Source of the DNA: Sarea resinae
Lineage: Eukaryota
Direction of reading: 5' to 3'
DNA: 64,000 bases
Assembly (NCBI GenBank): GCA_026026165.1
Contig: JAPEUD010000014.1
Location: 248,001 to 312,000, forward strand
Shown here: piece by piece, positions 35,539 to 48,121 of the stretch
Layout: every line of letters begins with the position of its first letter
Numbering within the stretch: the stretch's first letter is position 1
The notes under the pieces: model-generated
The model's database searches: none
The model's input: only the letters and a program-made list of their open reading frames with translations
Told to the model about the DNA's origin: nothing
Translations under genes and position numbers: made by a program

Positions 35539-38500
35539 TTAGAAGCAATTCAAAGTGCTCTTCTTCTTCTTTTTGTTGAGAGCATTCATACGCTCTTCAA
35601 GATGTGCACGAGCGGCCTCGGCTTGCATACGGGCATTCCGTTCTTCCTCGACAGCCTGCAGAGAGTATCGAGTGGAGTTCCTCTCCTTCTTCATCGTCTT
35701 GATTTCATCCTCATAGGTCCAAGCCTTCTTCTTCCACATCTCCATATCCGCCTTCACTTTGTTACCTTGGGTCTCAAGGTCAACAAGGGCTTCTTCGAGA
35801 GTTGCTGTAAGCTGCTTCTCTGCGAATAGATGCTTTTCAATTGTTCGAATGCGAGCTTCTTGATCCTCAGCCAGCTGAGTCGACGCAAGGTCTTTGCTCG
35901 GGTGACGGGACGCCGTCGGTGAAGTTGGAGGGTTCCCGTTCGAGGTGTTTGGCACGCTTGGAAGACTGCCCGGCAAGGGAGGAAGGGGTATCGCGGGTGG
36001 CGGAGATGGTAGAGACGCTACAGAAGCGCTCTTGCGGAGGTTGGAAGAGATTGAATTCGATCTGTCGTTGGTCGGGTCTCTTGAATCACGTTGAGAGTCG
36101 TTTCCTGGCTTCTGAAGATCCGAAATTTGGCCCTGAAAAACGCGATTAGAGAAGTGAAAGATGTACCTGGGGTGAAATGTTATCCTACCTCAAGCAGACT
36201 GACTCTGTTCCTATAATTTTCCAGCTCTTTCTCGGCATCGGCGCGAGCATTCATTGCCTCGTCTAATTGAGCGCTCCGCTCTGTCTGGAGAGTGGAAAGC
36301 CTGTTGTTTACAGCTTGGTGCTGGTCGAAATTGGATGCAAGTTGCTCTTCCAACTCCTCAACGAGACGTGAACTCTTCTTTTCCTTCTCCCCGAGGCGTT
36401 CTAGTTCTCTCACTGACTCTTCGTTGAGAGAAGTGAGTTCTCCCACTGTTTTCTCCAAGCCATCCACCTTTGTCAAAAGATCCTGGGCTTCCGCCTTGGC
36501 AGCTTCGAGAGCCTGCGCAGCATCTGCATGCTTTATAAGGAGATTGTCGCGCTCCTTGACTAGGGAACCTAGCTCCTGCTGAAGGTTCTCGGCCGCAACC
36601 TCTTGTTTAAGAGTAGCCGATACTCCCTCCAACAGCTCCACCATAGCTCTTTTGGCTTCCGAAAGTTCACCCTGCAGAGTATTTACCGTCTGCTCATGTT
36701 TGGCAGACTCCTCCGCTAGGCGAGCTTCCGATTCAGCTTCTGCAGCTGCAAGGGTAGACGTTCTCAGCTCTTCCAGTTCACGAGCGTGGCTTTCGCTGAG
36801 GGTGGCTAGCGTTTCCTGATGTGTCTCTGCCAGAGACTTTTGCTCTTCAATTTGCTGTTCAAGCTGTGCAATGAACTCACGACGAGAAGTAAGCTCGGTC
36901 TCCGAGGTCTCTTTAGTGTTGGCGCTCTCTTCAAGCTGCTGCTTCAGATCTACAAGCGAGCGCTCTAGTTGGGCAACCTCATCCGCATGCGAGCCGATAG
37001 TCGCTTTGTGTGTTTCGATCTCCGTTTGTAGAGCGTTGACAATCTCCTGGTGCTTCAGTCTCTCTTGCTCCAATTCAGCGGCAGCTGCAGCCTTTGCTCC
37101 TTCATTCGCTTCTGACTCTGCAGAATGGTCCGCACGCAGGGCCTCGACATTTCGCATTGCTGTCTCAAGCTCTACAATAGTATCGTTCAATTGCTTCTCC
37201 GACGCCTGCATAGAGTCGATAGCATTTTGGTGCTTGCCCTCCCACTCATTCACCTCCTTCTCGAGATCAGCAATTCTCTTCTCCTTGAGGTCACCCCCTT
37301 CTTGAACTTCTTGGCCCAGCTCCTTAGACCCGGTCACGTCGGGCATAGGCGTCTCCGGAAAATCGCCAGGCATAGCACCAGAGCTTACATCAACATCCTC
37401 ATTGATGGTAGGTACCTGCTTCGATCTCAGTTCTTCCAACGCTGCAGTAAGAGATTGGATCTCAGCAAGTAGCTCCTGTTCCCGAGCAACGTGCGACTCC
37501 CGAAGAGTGTGGATTTCGTTCTCGCTTTGCAAGAGCTGGTCCCGCATCGAAGAAACGACGGAAATGTCCATTGGAGATGAGCCATTCATGCTCGATCTTT
37601 CTCTGGTCAGGCCGGAGATAATGGTCATCTTCGTCTCCATTTCCTTCCTAACGCTAGCGATCTCAGCTTCCAATACTTGAACACGCTCCGAACGTGAGTG
37701 CAATTCATGCATCGCAGCATTGAGATTGACTTCGAAGTTTTGCATCGTATCAGGCTGATCCTCGAAGTATTCAGCAGCAATGTTTCGTAGGGAGGCGAAC
37801 GAACGATGAGCGCGGTCAATAGTCATGACGTTCTGGCTGGACTTCCGGCGAATAACAGGGGTCGTTGGCGAAGTTGGAGTATTTAGCCTGGACTTCTGGA
37901 TCTCAAATTTAAGCTCTTCCACAACATCCAGCGTCTCTTGATGCTGCTCCTGTAATTGCGCATATTGAGTAGTCAGAGCGACCATGTTCTCTTCCTTCTC
38001 TGCCTGTAGATTCTTCAGATCCTCCATCTGCTGGGCTAAGGCATCCTCCGGTGACACTATCACAGTCTCCTCCGCCTCTGCTCCCGACTTCTCGACGACG
38101 GTTTCATGCTCAGACGGCTCCGGAGTGCTGGGTGACTCCCCAGCCAACGATAGCTCCGACGACAGATATCTCGAGGAAGGTAGTATACCATTTTCTTTCA
38201 TTTCGTTCGCCTTTCCGTCCCCTAAAAAAGATGTGGGCCGAGTCGACGATGCCGATGCGACCGATTCCCGTGCAGGGATGTGACGCGCCTCATCGACTGC
38301 GTCTTGGAGCTCCGCCAGGGTGCGGAGAGCTTCTTCATACTTGGCCGAGAGCATGTCGTACTCGTTGACAGTTGTATCATGCTCTGTTCTGAGGTCGAGT
38401 AGCTCTTGGGTGACATTGTCAAGTTTGTCCGCGACACCGTTCTGTTGTGCGGGACTTCGTGGGGCCGATTCGGGCTCCGCGGCTGGCTCTTCTGGAGTTT

Positions 38501-41230
38501 GAGCTCTGTCAGTTGGGACTTGAACCTCCTTGCTCTCCTCGGCACCATCAAATTGAGCTGCAGCCTGTGTACCTTCATCAATTTCCGGAGGATGATCCTC
38601 ATCTCCATAGTCAGACGCCTGATCAACTTCTTCACTAGTAGCCTTCTCGCTTCCCTCCGGATTGTCATGTTGCTCCGCATGCTGAGGTTCTTCGGTCGAC
38701 TCTCCATTGGTCAGGGGCTGCTCCTCCTTTGTCTCAACCTTTTCATCCTGTGGGACATGGTCAAGCTCATAGAGTAGATTGTCCAGCTTTCCGAGACTTC
38801 GCTGGCGTTCGACAACGTGTTCGAGGCGGTCAATCTCACGCTGCATCAACTCGGTGTCTTGATCGGCTTCGGCTAGTCGCTCCTCCAACGTCGAAATGTA
38901 ATCTTCGCAGCTCGCCTCGTTCTCACGGACTCTAGCAATTTCTTTTCGAAGCTCCATCACTATTGCAGCATTTTTCTCTTCTCCGGATGTATGGCCATCA
39001 AGTTTGTCCTCGAGGTCGTGCAGGTAGTTTTCCGTACTCGATTCTCTGTCCATCATTTTCTGGACGCGAGCTTGAAGTTGCTGGTTGACGGTCTCGATGT
39101 AAGCACACTTTGTCTCCTTTTCGAGCAGGGTGCTCTCCGTCGAAGCCAAAGAAGAACGCGTACTAGAGAGTGAGCTCTCTAGACTCTGGATAGTCTTCTC
39201 GTATTCAAGCACGACCTGTTCCACTGCTTCGGCAAAGGAGTTTGATCGTCTCAGTCTTTCGACGGCACTGTCACCAATCGCATCGTCTAGAGTAGGCGTT
39301 GGGGCCGTTTCACTGTCTCGCGCTTTGGTAATTTCCGAGATCAACTTTGCATGACGCTGACTGAGAGCACTGTAGTTTTCCTGGATATCTAGCAAATGGT
39401 TCTGCAATTCAATTTCGCGCTCGTTCGATCGTTCTGCGCGTTCCTGAGGAGCATTGCTGCGACGGTCCCCGCGCTCGGAGTTTCGGATCTGTTCTCGAAG
39501 GAAAGCTATCTCTGCTTTTAATCGATCAATCACGGCCTGCTTGTCACCTTCGTCCGAGGTCTGTTGAATGCGAGGCTTGCTCTGGATGGCTCGTGCGCGT
39601 TGAGCGTACTGCACAATCATTCGGTCAGCGTCCAGATCTATTTCCTAGCATCGGAATACTGACCTGTACGGTATTGAGAGTCTCGCTAAGGTGGAACTCT
39701 GCTGGTGTCACACAAGCTATCATATAAGTTATTGCATTCCCACCAAGAGAATCTTGCAATAAGCGTGTCAACTTGGAGTCTCTGTATGAGACATGAGAAC
39801 CAGCTTGTCGGGAGGACAGTTGAGAGATAACTTTGCCCAAGCTCGCCAAGCCAGCGTTGATGGATATTCCTTCCTTGGCACGCTCACCCTGGGCACCGGT
39901 GTTCTAGGTAGAGGTCAGCATGCTAAATACCGTCTCCTAAATCACAGGAACGTACCTTCAGACGCTCACTTCCAGCCAAGTCGACGAAGTGTAATTTGCT
40001 GTCGACTGTGACCCAATTGTCTCCTCCAGTCATTGCCTCCAAAGGCACGGAAAAGCGCTTTTCATGATTTGAGGTTGGTTGCATTTTGTTCCTTCGCTGG
40101 ACAAGATTGAGACTGAATACGGCATGAGAACGAGAAGACTTGGCATTGATAGCTGTAGCGTCAGTTTGCCGGATGGAAGATCCGAAATGCAGAGCTGAAA
40201 GGAGGTCCTCGATCGTGTTGATAGTGACCTGATGTAGGCCGGTAAGGAGGATCCGTCCTTTGGCATCTTCACGAATTGTGACGGAATTTCGCTCTCCAGG
40301 AGGGGTCGAGTCTGGCACAAGCAGATCACGGAGCTGCTCATTGTATATCTGTTCGGACCGTCAGAATGGACGTCGAGAGGCACGAGTGTCGTGAGTATCT
40401 ACCTCAACGTAAGTGGCCTTCATGACCCAGTTCTTCTCTGGGCCCTTGGCGTTTGGGCCTGCATGATTTTGAGAGTACCTCGTGGGCGCGCGAAGACCAG
40501 AGCTTGAAGCCCGATTGTTTGATTCAAGCTTTTCAAACAGCGAGCTTGCGGCCCGGGGAATAACACCTGCGGACAAGAAAGGTAGAAGATCAGCAACCAG
40601 ACCCTTCTCATGAATCGTGAAGACGATATGTTCATCTTCAAACATCGTCGCTGAAAGATAGAGAATTCCCACATACCCATAACCTTCGGATCATTTTGCT
40701 CCCCGGGACCGGCGGTACCCATCGTATATGATTTTCCAGCTCCGGATTGGCCGTAAGCTAATAGCGAAACATTGTAGCCTTGGATGAAAGCATTGACACT
40801 CTCGCCGAGATAATCCCATACACCATCCTGATCGACGTCCTCATTGAAGATTCTATCAAACACGAAAAGTTTTCGACCTTGTGGGGAATCGACGATCAAG
40901 CTTGTTGGAGTAGTCACTTGAACCATAGAACGTTGAAATCGTTGTGGGATTAGATCATATCCGGGATCATTCGGCTTCAGAGGAGGTCGGACGCGCACGA
41001 CTGAATGCACGATTGACTCTCGTCAGTAAAGTCTCCGTGTTTGGGGATATTGAGCACCAGTATCAGTTGCGCTTACCAACTTTGACCGATGTTTTGCCAT
41101 CTTCATCAGATGCTCTGCTGCCGCCGCCATGCTTGCTGCTCATGCTCATGCGACTAGAACTCCTCGGCCGCCTGAGCATGGCACTCACCGGCCGTTGAGA
41201 TGTGGGTGAACCGGGAGGAGAAGTGGCCAT
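35539..41230 (-). CDS. Kinesin with N-terminal motor and very long coiled coil (kinesin-4/KIF21-like); 6 introns
   Basis: VRVRP, P-loop [14 protein letters not shown], switch [12 protein letters not shown], switch [31 protein letters not shown], then more than 1100 aa of coiled coil. Confidence 0.94.
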
Positions 41231-42354
41231 GTCGCCTGGTTCGAAATGACCGCTTCCGCTAAGACAGCCACGATTGCCTCGCTCGGATTAAAGATGGATC
41301 GGTGTCGTCGCAGCTCGGATTCGGAGAGCCCGTGTATTTGAGAGTTTTGTGAGATGTCGAAAGTCGCGCAGACTGGCGGTTCCAACGGAATGGGCAGCCA
41401 AGCGAGGTGCAGCTGTTGCGAAGCCCCGAAGAACAGATACTGCGTGTCTCGACTTCGATAAGCCAATGCAATGGAAGCTGAGGTCTGGCGCCGGAATAAC
41501 TAGAGATATCGTCGACGGGCGTCTTGGCACTGATGACGGGCGATGAACGCCATCCACAGCCGCGTAAGTGGCAGGTTGGGGGAGGATGAATATGCTGTGT
41601 CACGAAGGCGTACGGGATGGAAAAGAAGACAGCAACGAGGTGAAGTTATTCTTTCTTTTTCCCTTGCGAACGGGCTAGAGAGGAGGAGGTAATAATGTAG
41701 CAAGTACGCAGTACTCCCTACGGAAGTAGAGTAGGCAGGCAGTACTGACTCGATGCAGGGGAACTGATTTGGGCAAGGTCGGGACGAGAAGGTGCATGGG
41801 ATGGGGGCGGGTGTGGGTGCGTGCAAGTGTGATGGGAAGTGGTGGTGGTGATAGAAGTGGTAGTGGCTTCTCCTGCCTCGCATCCACCCATCACCACGCG
41901 AGACGGTCCAAAGAGGTCCAAAGAGGTTCAATTGACTTTGTCTCTCTCGCCATCTCTGCCATGTCTTTCCTGCCCTGGGTCTGAATCGGTCTTGTCACGC
42001 CTGATGGACCGCGAACCTTGGTCTGATGGTGAGTAGTACTGTCGCAACGTTACCATTGGATCGTAGTTGAGTCAGCGTACTTCTCTACTACGGAGTACTC
42101 ACTCAGAGTCAGGCAAACACGGCTGTTTACGGAGTACAATGTACGAATACTCTCCACTGGTATCAGTGGCGGTGGTGGTGGTGGTGGTGGCCGTCGTCGT
42201 AGGGACCGCGGCAGGGATCTTCAGAAAGAAGGGGGTTCACCACTTCACCACGGTGGACTTCGGACGTCGTGCGAGTACTGCGTGCTCTACTATGAGTACA
42301 GCGTTCCAGGGTTCAAGGGTCTCAGTCATCATCCACTCGGCAAAGACTCAGACC

Positions 42355-42421
42355 CAGGCACGACACGACAGGCACCACAGGCACCACAGGCACGACCGCC
42401 ACGGCAGGCACCACAGGCACG
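42355..42421. repeat. Degenerate 9-bp tandem containing six CAGGCAC copies
   Basis: Directly visible upstream of the kinesin gene. Confidence 0.8.
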
Positions 42422-45076
42422 AGTACCCGTTACTTCCACCTCATCGGCGCTATCGTTGAATCGGCTCATGGCTGTCACGAAGCGAGTCCACACTAAAGTC
42501 AGGGGGAACGAGCCGGTCGTTTGGAGACGGCGACCGGATCAGTCCATGCCCTAGTACCTCGCCCTAGCACCAATCCATCCAAGACCGCCAGGCCTGCTGT
42601 CTCTCCTCTCCTGTCCTGGCTGATTCAGGAGGACGGCAACGACCGATCCAACAAAACAGTGGGGATTAAGGACTGAAGAGGAGTGGATGAAGACGTTCCA
42701 GAACCATCAAAGGGTGCTCTAGACGGATTCGAATATGCTCTCCAGCTCTTCCCTTTCTTGCTCCCATCTCACGTCCTTTGTCAAGATCATGTCACATACC
42801 ACGCCTCCCGGTATCCATTCGCCGCATCCATGCTCAGGAGCCAAGCAGGTAGAAATAGAGTAATCCGATCGTAAGGAGGGTGATATTCCCACCATGCGAG
42901 CAGTCTATCTTCTGCCCCGTCGAATGGATTGATGCGTAAAAGCAAAGATCGCAAGAATCTCTTCGGATCAAGATAGGAACAAAAGGAGCTGTCCATCACA
43001 CTCTCCTATTCGCGCAGCCACCCAGGCGCATCGCCAAAGGCGTGTATTGTGTGTATCGTGTATCAGGTTCGGCACGAGGATCAGCACGAGCTCCCCAGCC
43101 CTGAAATCGGTACGAGCGTTCGGATAGTCAAGTCCTACGTGCGAAGTACCATGTCTTCCACTTTATCCAGTGCCACAAACAAGTACTCAGGGTACTCCGA
43201 ATTCCGTAGAGCGCACGGCACGCAATGCCTGCAGGGCGACTGCATATGCCGTCAAGATTGAGTCGCCCAGGTCGCTGCGGTCCGTTCTCCTAAAGCCGTT
43301 CGCTTGCTCATCTGGCCTTCTTTTCGATCCACCCAAGCCAGCCATCGCGGGACGAAGAACCCGTCGAACGGCCTCTTGCTTAGATGAAGTACTTCAGTAC
43401 CCTGTCTGCCTACTGTGTACTTGACAAGAATCCATGCGTGCCTTAGATCGGACGCGAAATGAATTGAAGCCCCTCCCGCGACCGTTGTGATAGTCTTGAA
43501 GCGTGTGCTCGAAGGACTAAAGAGTAGGCTGTCCCCGCTGATCTCTTTGTTCCGTTCACGCAACTCCCCTTCGATTTCTGCTTGGGAAGGGCTGGCTTTG
43601 CGTTTCAGCTCGACAGACCTGGTTAGGCGGTCCCGGAAGCCTGTAGGGAAGTAGCTGGGATTCATCACTTTTGCCGGCTGGGCTGGCTGGCTCGCTGGTT
43701 GACCGAGTGGGCATGGTGGTCGGGCCTTTTCAGATATGCCGAGCCTGAGTGAACGAAGTATGAAATTACTACTATTGGAAACGGGGAACTTTCTTTGTGT
43801 GAGGACCAGCCAGCCACGGCACTTGCGACCCTCTGGTCATCTGTGATTTAGGTGTTGATGTGGGCGCGAGAACAACAATACCGCGCAGAGACCTCCTCAC
43901 GCCTGGGATTGCATCAGGCAGTGGCGATCGTAACAGCATCTCGCAGAAAACAAAGCCATAGCTTACCTCGGGTAGGTCATCTTCCATCGTTGTTGATGGT
44001 GTATTCACTTTAGAGAGCAAGCATACGCGCCTCGAAAGCCGGATCTCATAGATATCATTGCCCAGTAATGTATCGCCCTCGTACCTACCTTCTGTTCGTA
44101 AATAGCAAAGGTTGAGCCCATCGATATGAGAGAAGCTCATACTGAACGGGTCAACGCGATTACGCAGATGCAAAAAGAAAACCAAACAGCTGAACAGCCA
44201 ATAACACGCTTCTATCATATCCTTCTTTGGTGATCAGACTTACTATGTAGGGCTCCCCTATCTGCAAACTGTTCCTAATAGCACACTAAAGACTTGGCCA
44301 AAGCTCATGGTCCGCGGAGCAAATTCGCGCCCAAATCGTGAGAACCGATAAGATCTCCGTATTATACGACGAGCATCACCAGTATCAAGCTCTCCCAACA
44401 CCACCAGAGCCCCCCGAGTTTCGTTCAACTCTACCGACCGGCCTTATATAGCCCCTTGATCGCACAGGGTACCCTAGCAGTCAGCTGTATGCACCTCGGC
44501 CCCACTCGCTAATGCATATGCGTCGCCTCATCGGGCATTTCGTCCGGTGCTCTGACATGACTCTGCCTTACGCGCTGGAGCGCGCGAACGTGATCACGGT
44601 CCTTGTTTCAGAATCTTTGCAGGAACTCACAAGGATGACCTCAAAACGCGGTTGAGAGAAGATGCTTATTCAAATCTTTCTAAGAGAATGGGAAATAGCC
44701 CTTGTAAGACAGGGTTGTGGTAGTGATAAGCCGTATTAAATACACAAAGACATGACAAAGACATGACGGCAGTCTAGCATACGGGAAATACAAAAATAGA
44801 TGGCTGCGCAAGGTGGTATGGAAAACAAATTCTTGATGCAAAAAAAACGTGGACGTAAGGACTCCAGATCTTGTCTGTCGAAGACAAATGTCCTTGTACG
44901 ATGATAACCCGCCAGTTTGTGAGAAGAGAAGATAGCGCAAGAAAACGAGCAACCCTTTGAACAACCACGACGAAGACTCCATGGCGCGAAGCAGAAAAGC
45001 CCAACGGGGACATTAAACATGAAACAGCAATGCAATTCGACCGTTCGATGCGCTCAAGTCCTCATAGACAATCGCC

Positions 45077-48000
45077 CTACGCATGGCCGAGAGCTGAGAT
45101 CCTTGCACCAGCTGGCCTTCGCATCAAACTTGGGTTGGGTTCCTTGGAGATGGTACCTTCTTCGTGCGCCTGCTCCTCCAGTTCCTCGTCGTCATCCTCG
45201 ACGATTCTCGTAGGCACATCCTCGTTCTTGTATTGCTGGCTATGTCGGTCCGGCGTTGTGGAGGCACTTGCCATTGACATGGCCGTGCTCGATCGATTGT
45301 GGATCAAGTCTGGGGTCGGTGGAATGCTGGATTCTCGGCCATTGGGGCTCAGGTAGCTAGATCGATCTTGGTCTTGATCCTCTTGTTCGCCAAACTCACT
45401 GCCCTGTGTGGACTGATCACGGCCGTCTTCGGAGTGGGCGATACGACTTGCGCGTTTGCTGCCGGCGCTTTGCTCGTTATCGGCATCCCGGGCAAGTTGA
45501 AGGCCCTCGACAGCGGCAGCACACTGCTCAGAGATGTTTCGAATGATGTAGGCAATGGCATCTGTGCGGTCTCGCAAATGGCGATCAGCAACGTCTACCA
45601 TGCTGAGCTGTGAATAGCGCTTGTTTTGAACAGGGGTACCCAGCAGCCTGTGTTCCATCTCGGGAGAGACATCCTCACCCTCCAAAGGAGTTCCATTCAG
45701 AGTGCTTGCCCTGCTATAAGCGCGCGAAGGAGTCCGAGAGCCGAGCCCCCTCACGCCCTTGATCGTGCCAACCTCCGAGGCATCTTTCGGATCGGCCTCC
45801 TCTTGCTCCTGCTCCTGCTCAGCCTGCTCCTGCTCCTCGATATCCTCGGGTACATCCTCGAACCCCTCGCCAATATATTCTGAGAGCTCTGGAGCTCGGC
45901 TCAGGGACTGGACAATGTGCTCCATGTGGTGCGCTTGGCCTTCAATCAAACTGCGTAAATGGAGAACAACCCGTTGGGCCTCGTCGCGTTGACGAAGTAT
46001 AGTCGAGTTGGTGTGCTGAAGCGCTGAAAGTTCCTCCTTGTTATGATCACGTTCGCGCTCAAGCTCCTCGGCAATCTCTTGCTGCAGAACAAGCGCTTCG
46101 AGCGCATCGTCTCGTTGTTTCTCGGTGCCTGACAGGCGTACAGTAAGGCGTGCGGCGTCGTCCTTCTGTTGGTCGATGAGACTGGTAAGCCGGCGGTTCT
46201 CGCGCTTGTGGTTCTCAATCTTGACTTTGAGCTCCTGTGTCTCCTTTGTGAGTTGCTCGGCAAACGCTTGAAATTTGAGGAACTACACTGGAGTTAGAGT
46301 GAATTCAGATAAGGTATCGGGAAGATTCGCACCTGTTGCTTCCAGCTTTCAAGCTCTTCCACAAGGAAATTATTTCTCTTGGTGACCTTGGACAGCTCTG
46401 TGTCCATTCTGCCCTTAAGATTAATGAAGTCTTGCCAAGCTTCGAGCGCATCCCGAGAGTATTGGTTGCGTTCACGAACGATTTCGTTGAGATGTCTCAT
46501 TGAAACCTTCGTCATCAAGGGTTTCTTGACGGTTCCACCGAAAATTGCCTTGACACCCGTGTTTCGACCCTAGACTATCATCAATATGATTGAAAGGTCA
46601 CGTCATAGAGGAAAACTTACCATCTTCTCGCAAACATGGTCCATGACGTTCATGACTGCGTCTTGGTTCCACCACTCGGGATCTTGGATACTCTCAACCT
46701 CACCCTTCATGACAATGATTTGGCCTGCGGGGATCAATTTCCCACCACCATATGCAGATCGGAGGTGCTGAGGGACGCCTGAAGGAGCCACTTCCCCATG
46801 CAAAGCTTGTGACAGTCGGTTGATCATTTTGGTCCTCTGACCCGGAGTCAACGCGGTGGGAGGGCTCGAGGTCAAAACAAAATTCCGGTCCAAGTCCACC
46901 ACCAACGCATCTGATGGGGCAGTGAACAGACTGCGGCACTCGGCCGTGATACCAAGAATATATGGGCCAGGCTCTTGTACCAATTCCTTTGCATGACGAG
47001 CATGAACGACAGGTACATACAGCCCACTCCACTCATAGACGCGGACGCAGAATCGTATGGTCTCGGCTGCGACGGTCAGGATAGCTGGGTAGTGACTGAC
47101 GAATATGATACGACGAGTGGGCGACAGCGCCGCCTCCATTACACCAACAATATTGGGAATGGACAAACAGGTGAACAATGGCCACATAGCGAAATTCTGG
47201 AACCCCGTGGGAGAGGACGGGAATTGGTAGCACAAGGCATAATCTTTCATATCGATCCGTACGAGGTCGTTCAACCTTGGAGCGGGGAAGCTCAAAATCC
47301 TAGAGACCTCTTCGGCGTGGAAGAGGTTCGTAGCTTTGTTCCAGTGGATCCACATCCCACGCAGGTAATCTCCAAGAAGGTTGTATAGCGGATATCTAGA
47401 GAGGAAACTCAAGCAGTATGGAATCCAGTACGTCTCATCCGCCGAGTCGTAGAAGTCTGATTCTGTTCGCTTGCGAAGATCTCGAATGGTCTCTGCGCGT
47501 TTTTCATCCGCGCGGGACCAGACTCGAAGAGCGATGCCGTAGAGTGTGTGGGAAGAGTCCTGCTGTAGGACAAAGGAGTGATGCACACAGTGGGGTTGAC
47601 TCCGACCAGTGCATATCTCGACGTCGTGGGGAAAACACGCCTGGACAGATAATTAGCGTTAGACTTGCATTCTAGCATCATTCATCAAATGCTTGCGAAA
47701 ATAACAAAGCATGATTTGAGAGCGTCCCAAGGAGTCTTACCCTCATTGCAGCATGCAAGGCCTTGGCGATTTCATTGTCCTGCTCCAATCGAGGACTGCT
47801 CCCTAGGATCTCAGGCAGCCAAAATTGACCAACGGCACCCTTCATATGTCCAATCTTTCCTTGGGAGGCCGCGGGTGCTTTGACCCATTGCGATGGCTCT
47901 CTTCCGACACCACATACCATATAAGCATGCGTCAAAGTTTTTGGTGTCCGCTGGCTTGGTTTGACGTTCAACGATCCGGGAATTGGTTGAGTGATTCGAG

Positions 48001-48121
48001 AGTGTAGAGAAGACGTTCGACTCGGAATGACAAGGCCATTGTCACTTTGGTCGCGGGTAGACGGACGGTCGCTCGTCCTTGGCCGCACGAAAGAGGAGTG
48101 GTTGTTCAGTGATGGACCCAT
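45077..48121 (-). CDS. DENN-domain protein (putative Rab GEF) with C-terminal coiled coil; 3 introns
   Basis: uDENN-like HHSFVLQ...LYGIALRVW and cDENN-like YCLSFLSRYP, PLFTCLS, RRIIFVS, YVPVV, PGPYILGI and LVVDLD. The exons join in frame. Confidence 0.85.

Noticed and set aside
43605..43668. TGATGA...CTGA on the minus strand, resembling a box C/D snoRNA
   Set aside because: No terminal stem, and no guide that I can match to rRNA by eye; snoscan would settle it.
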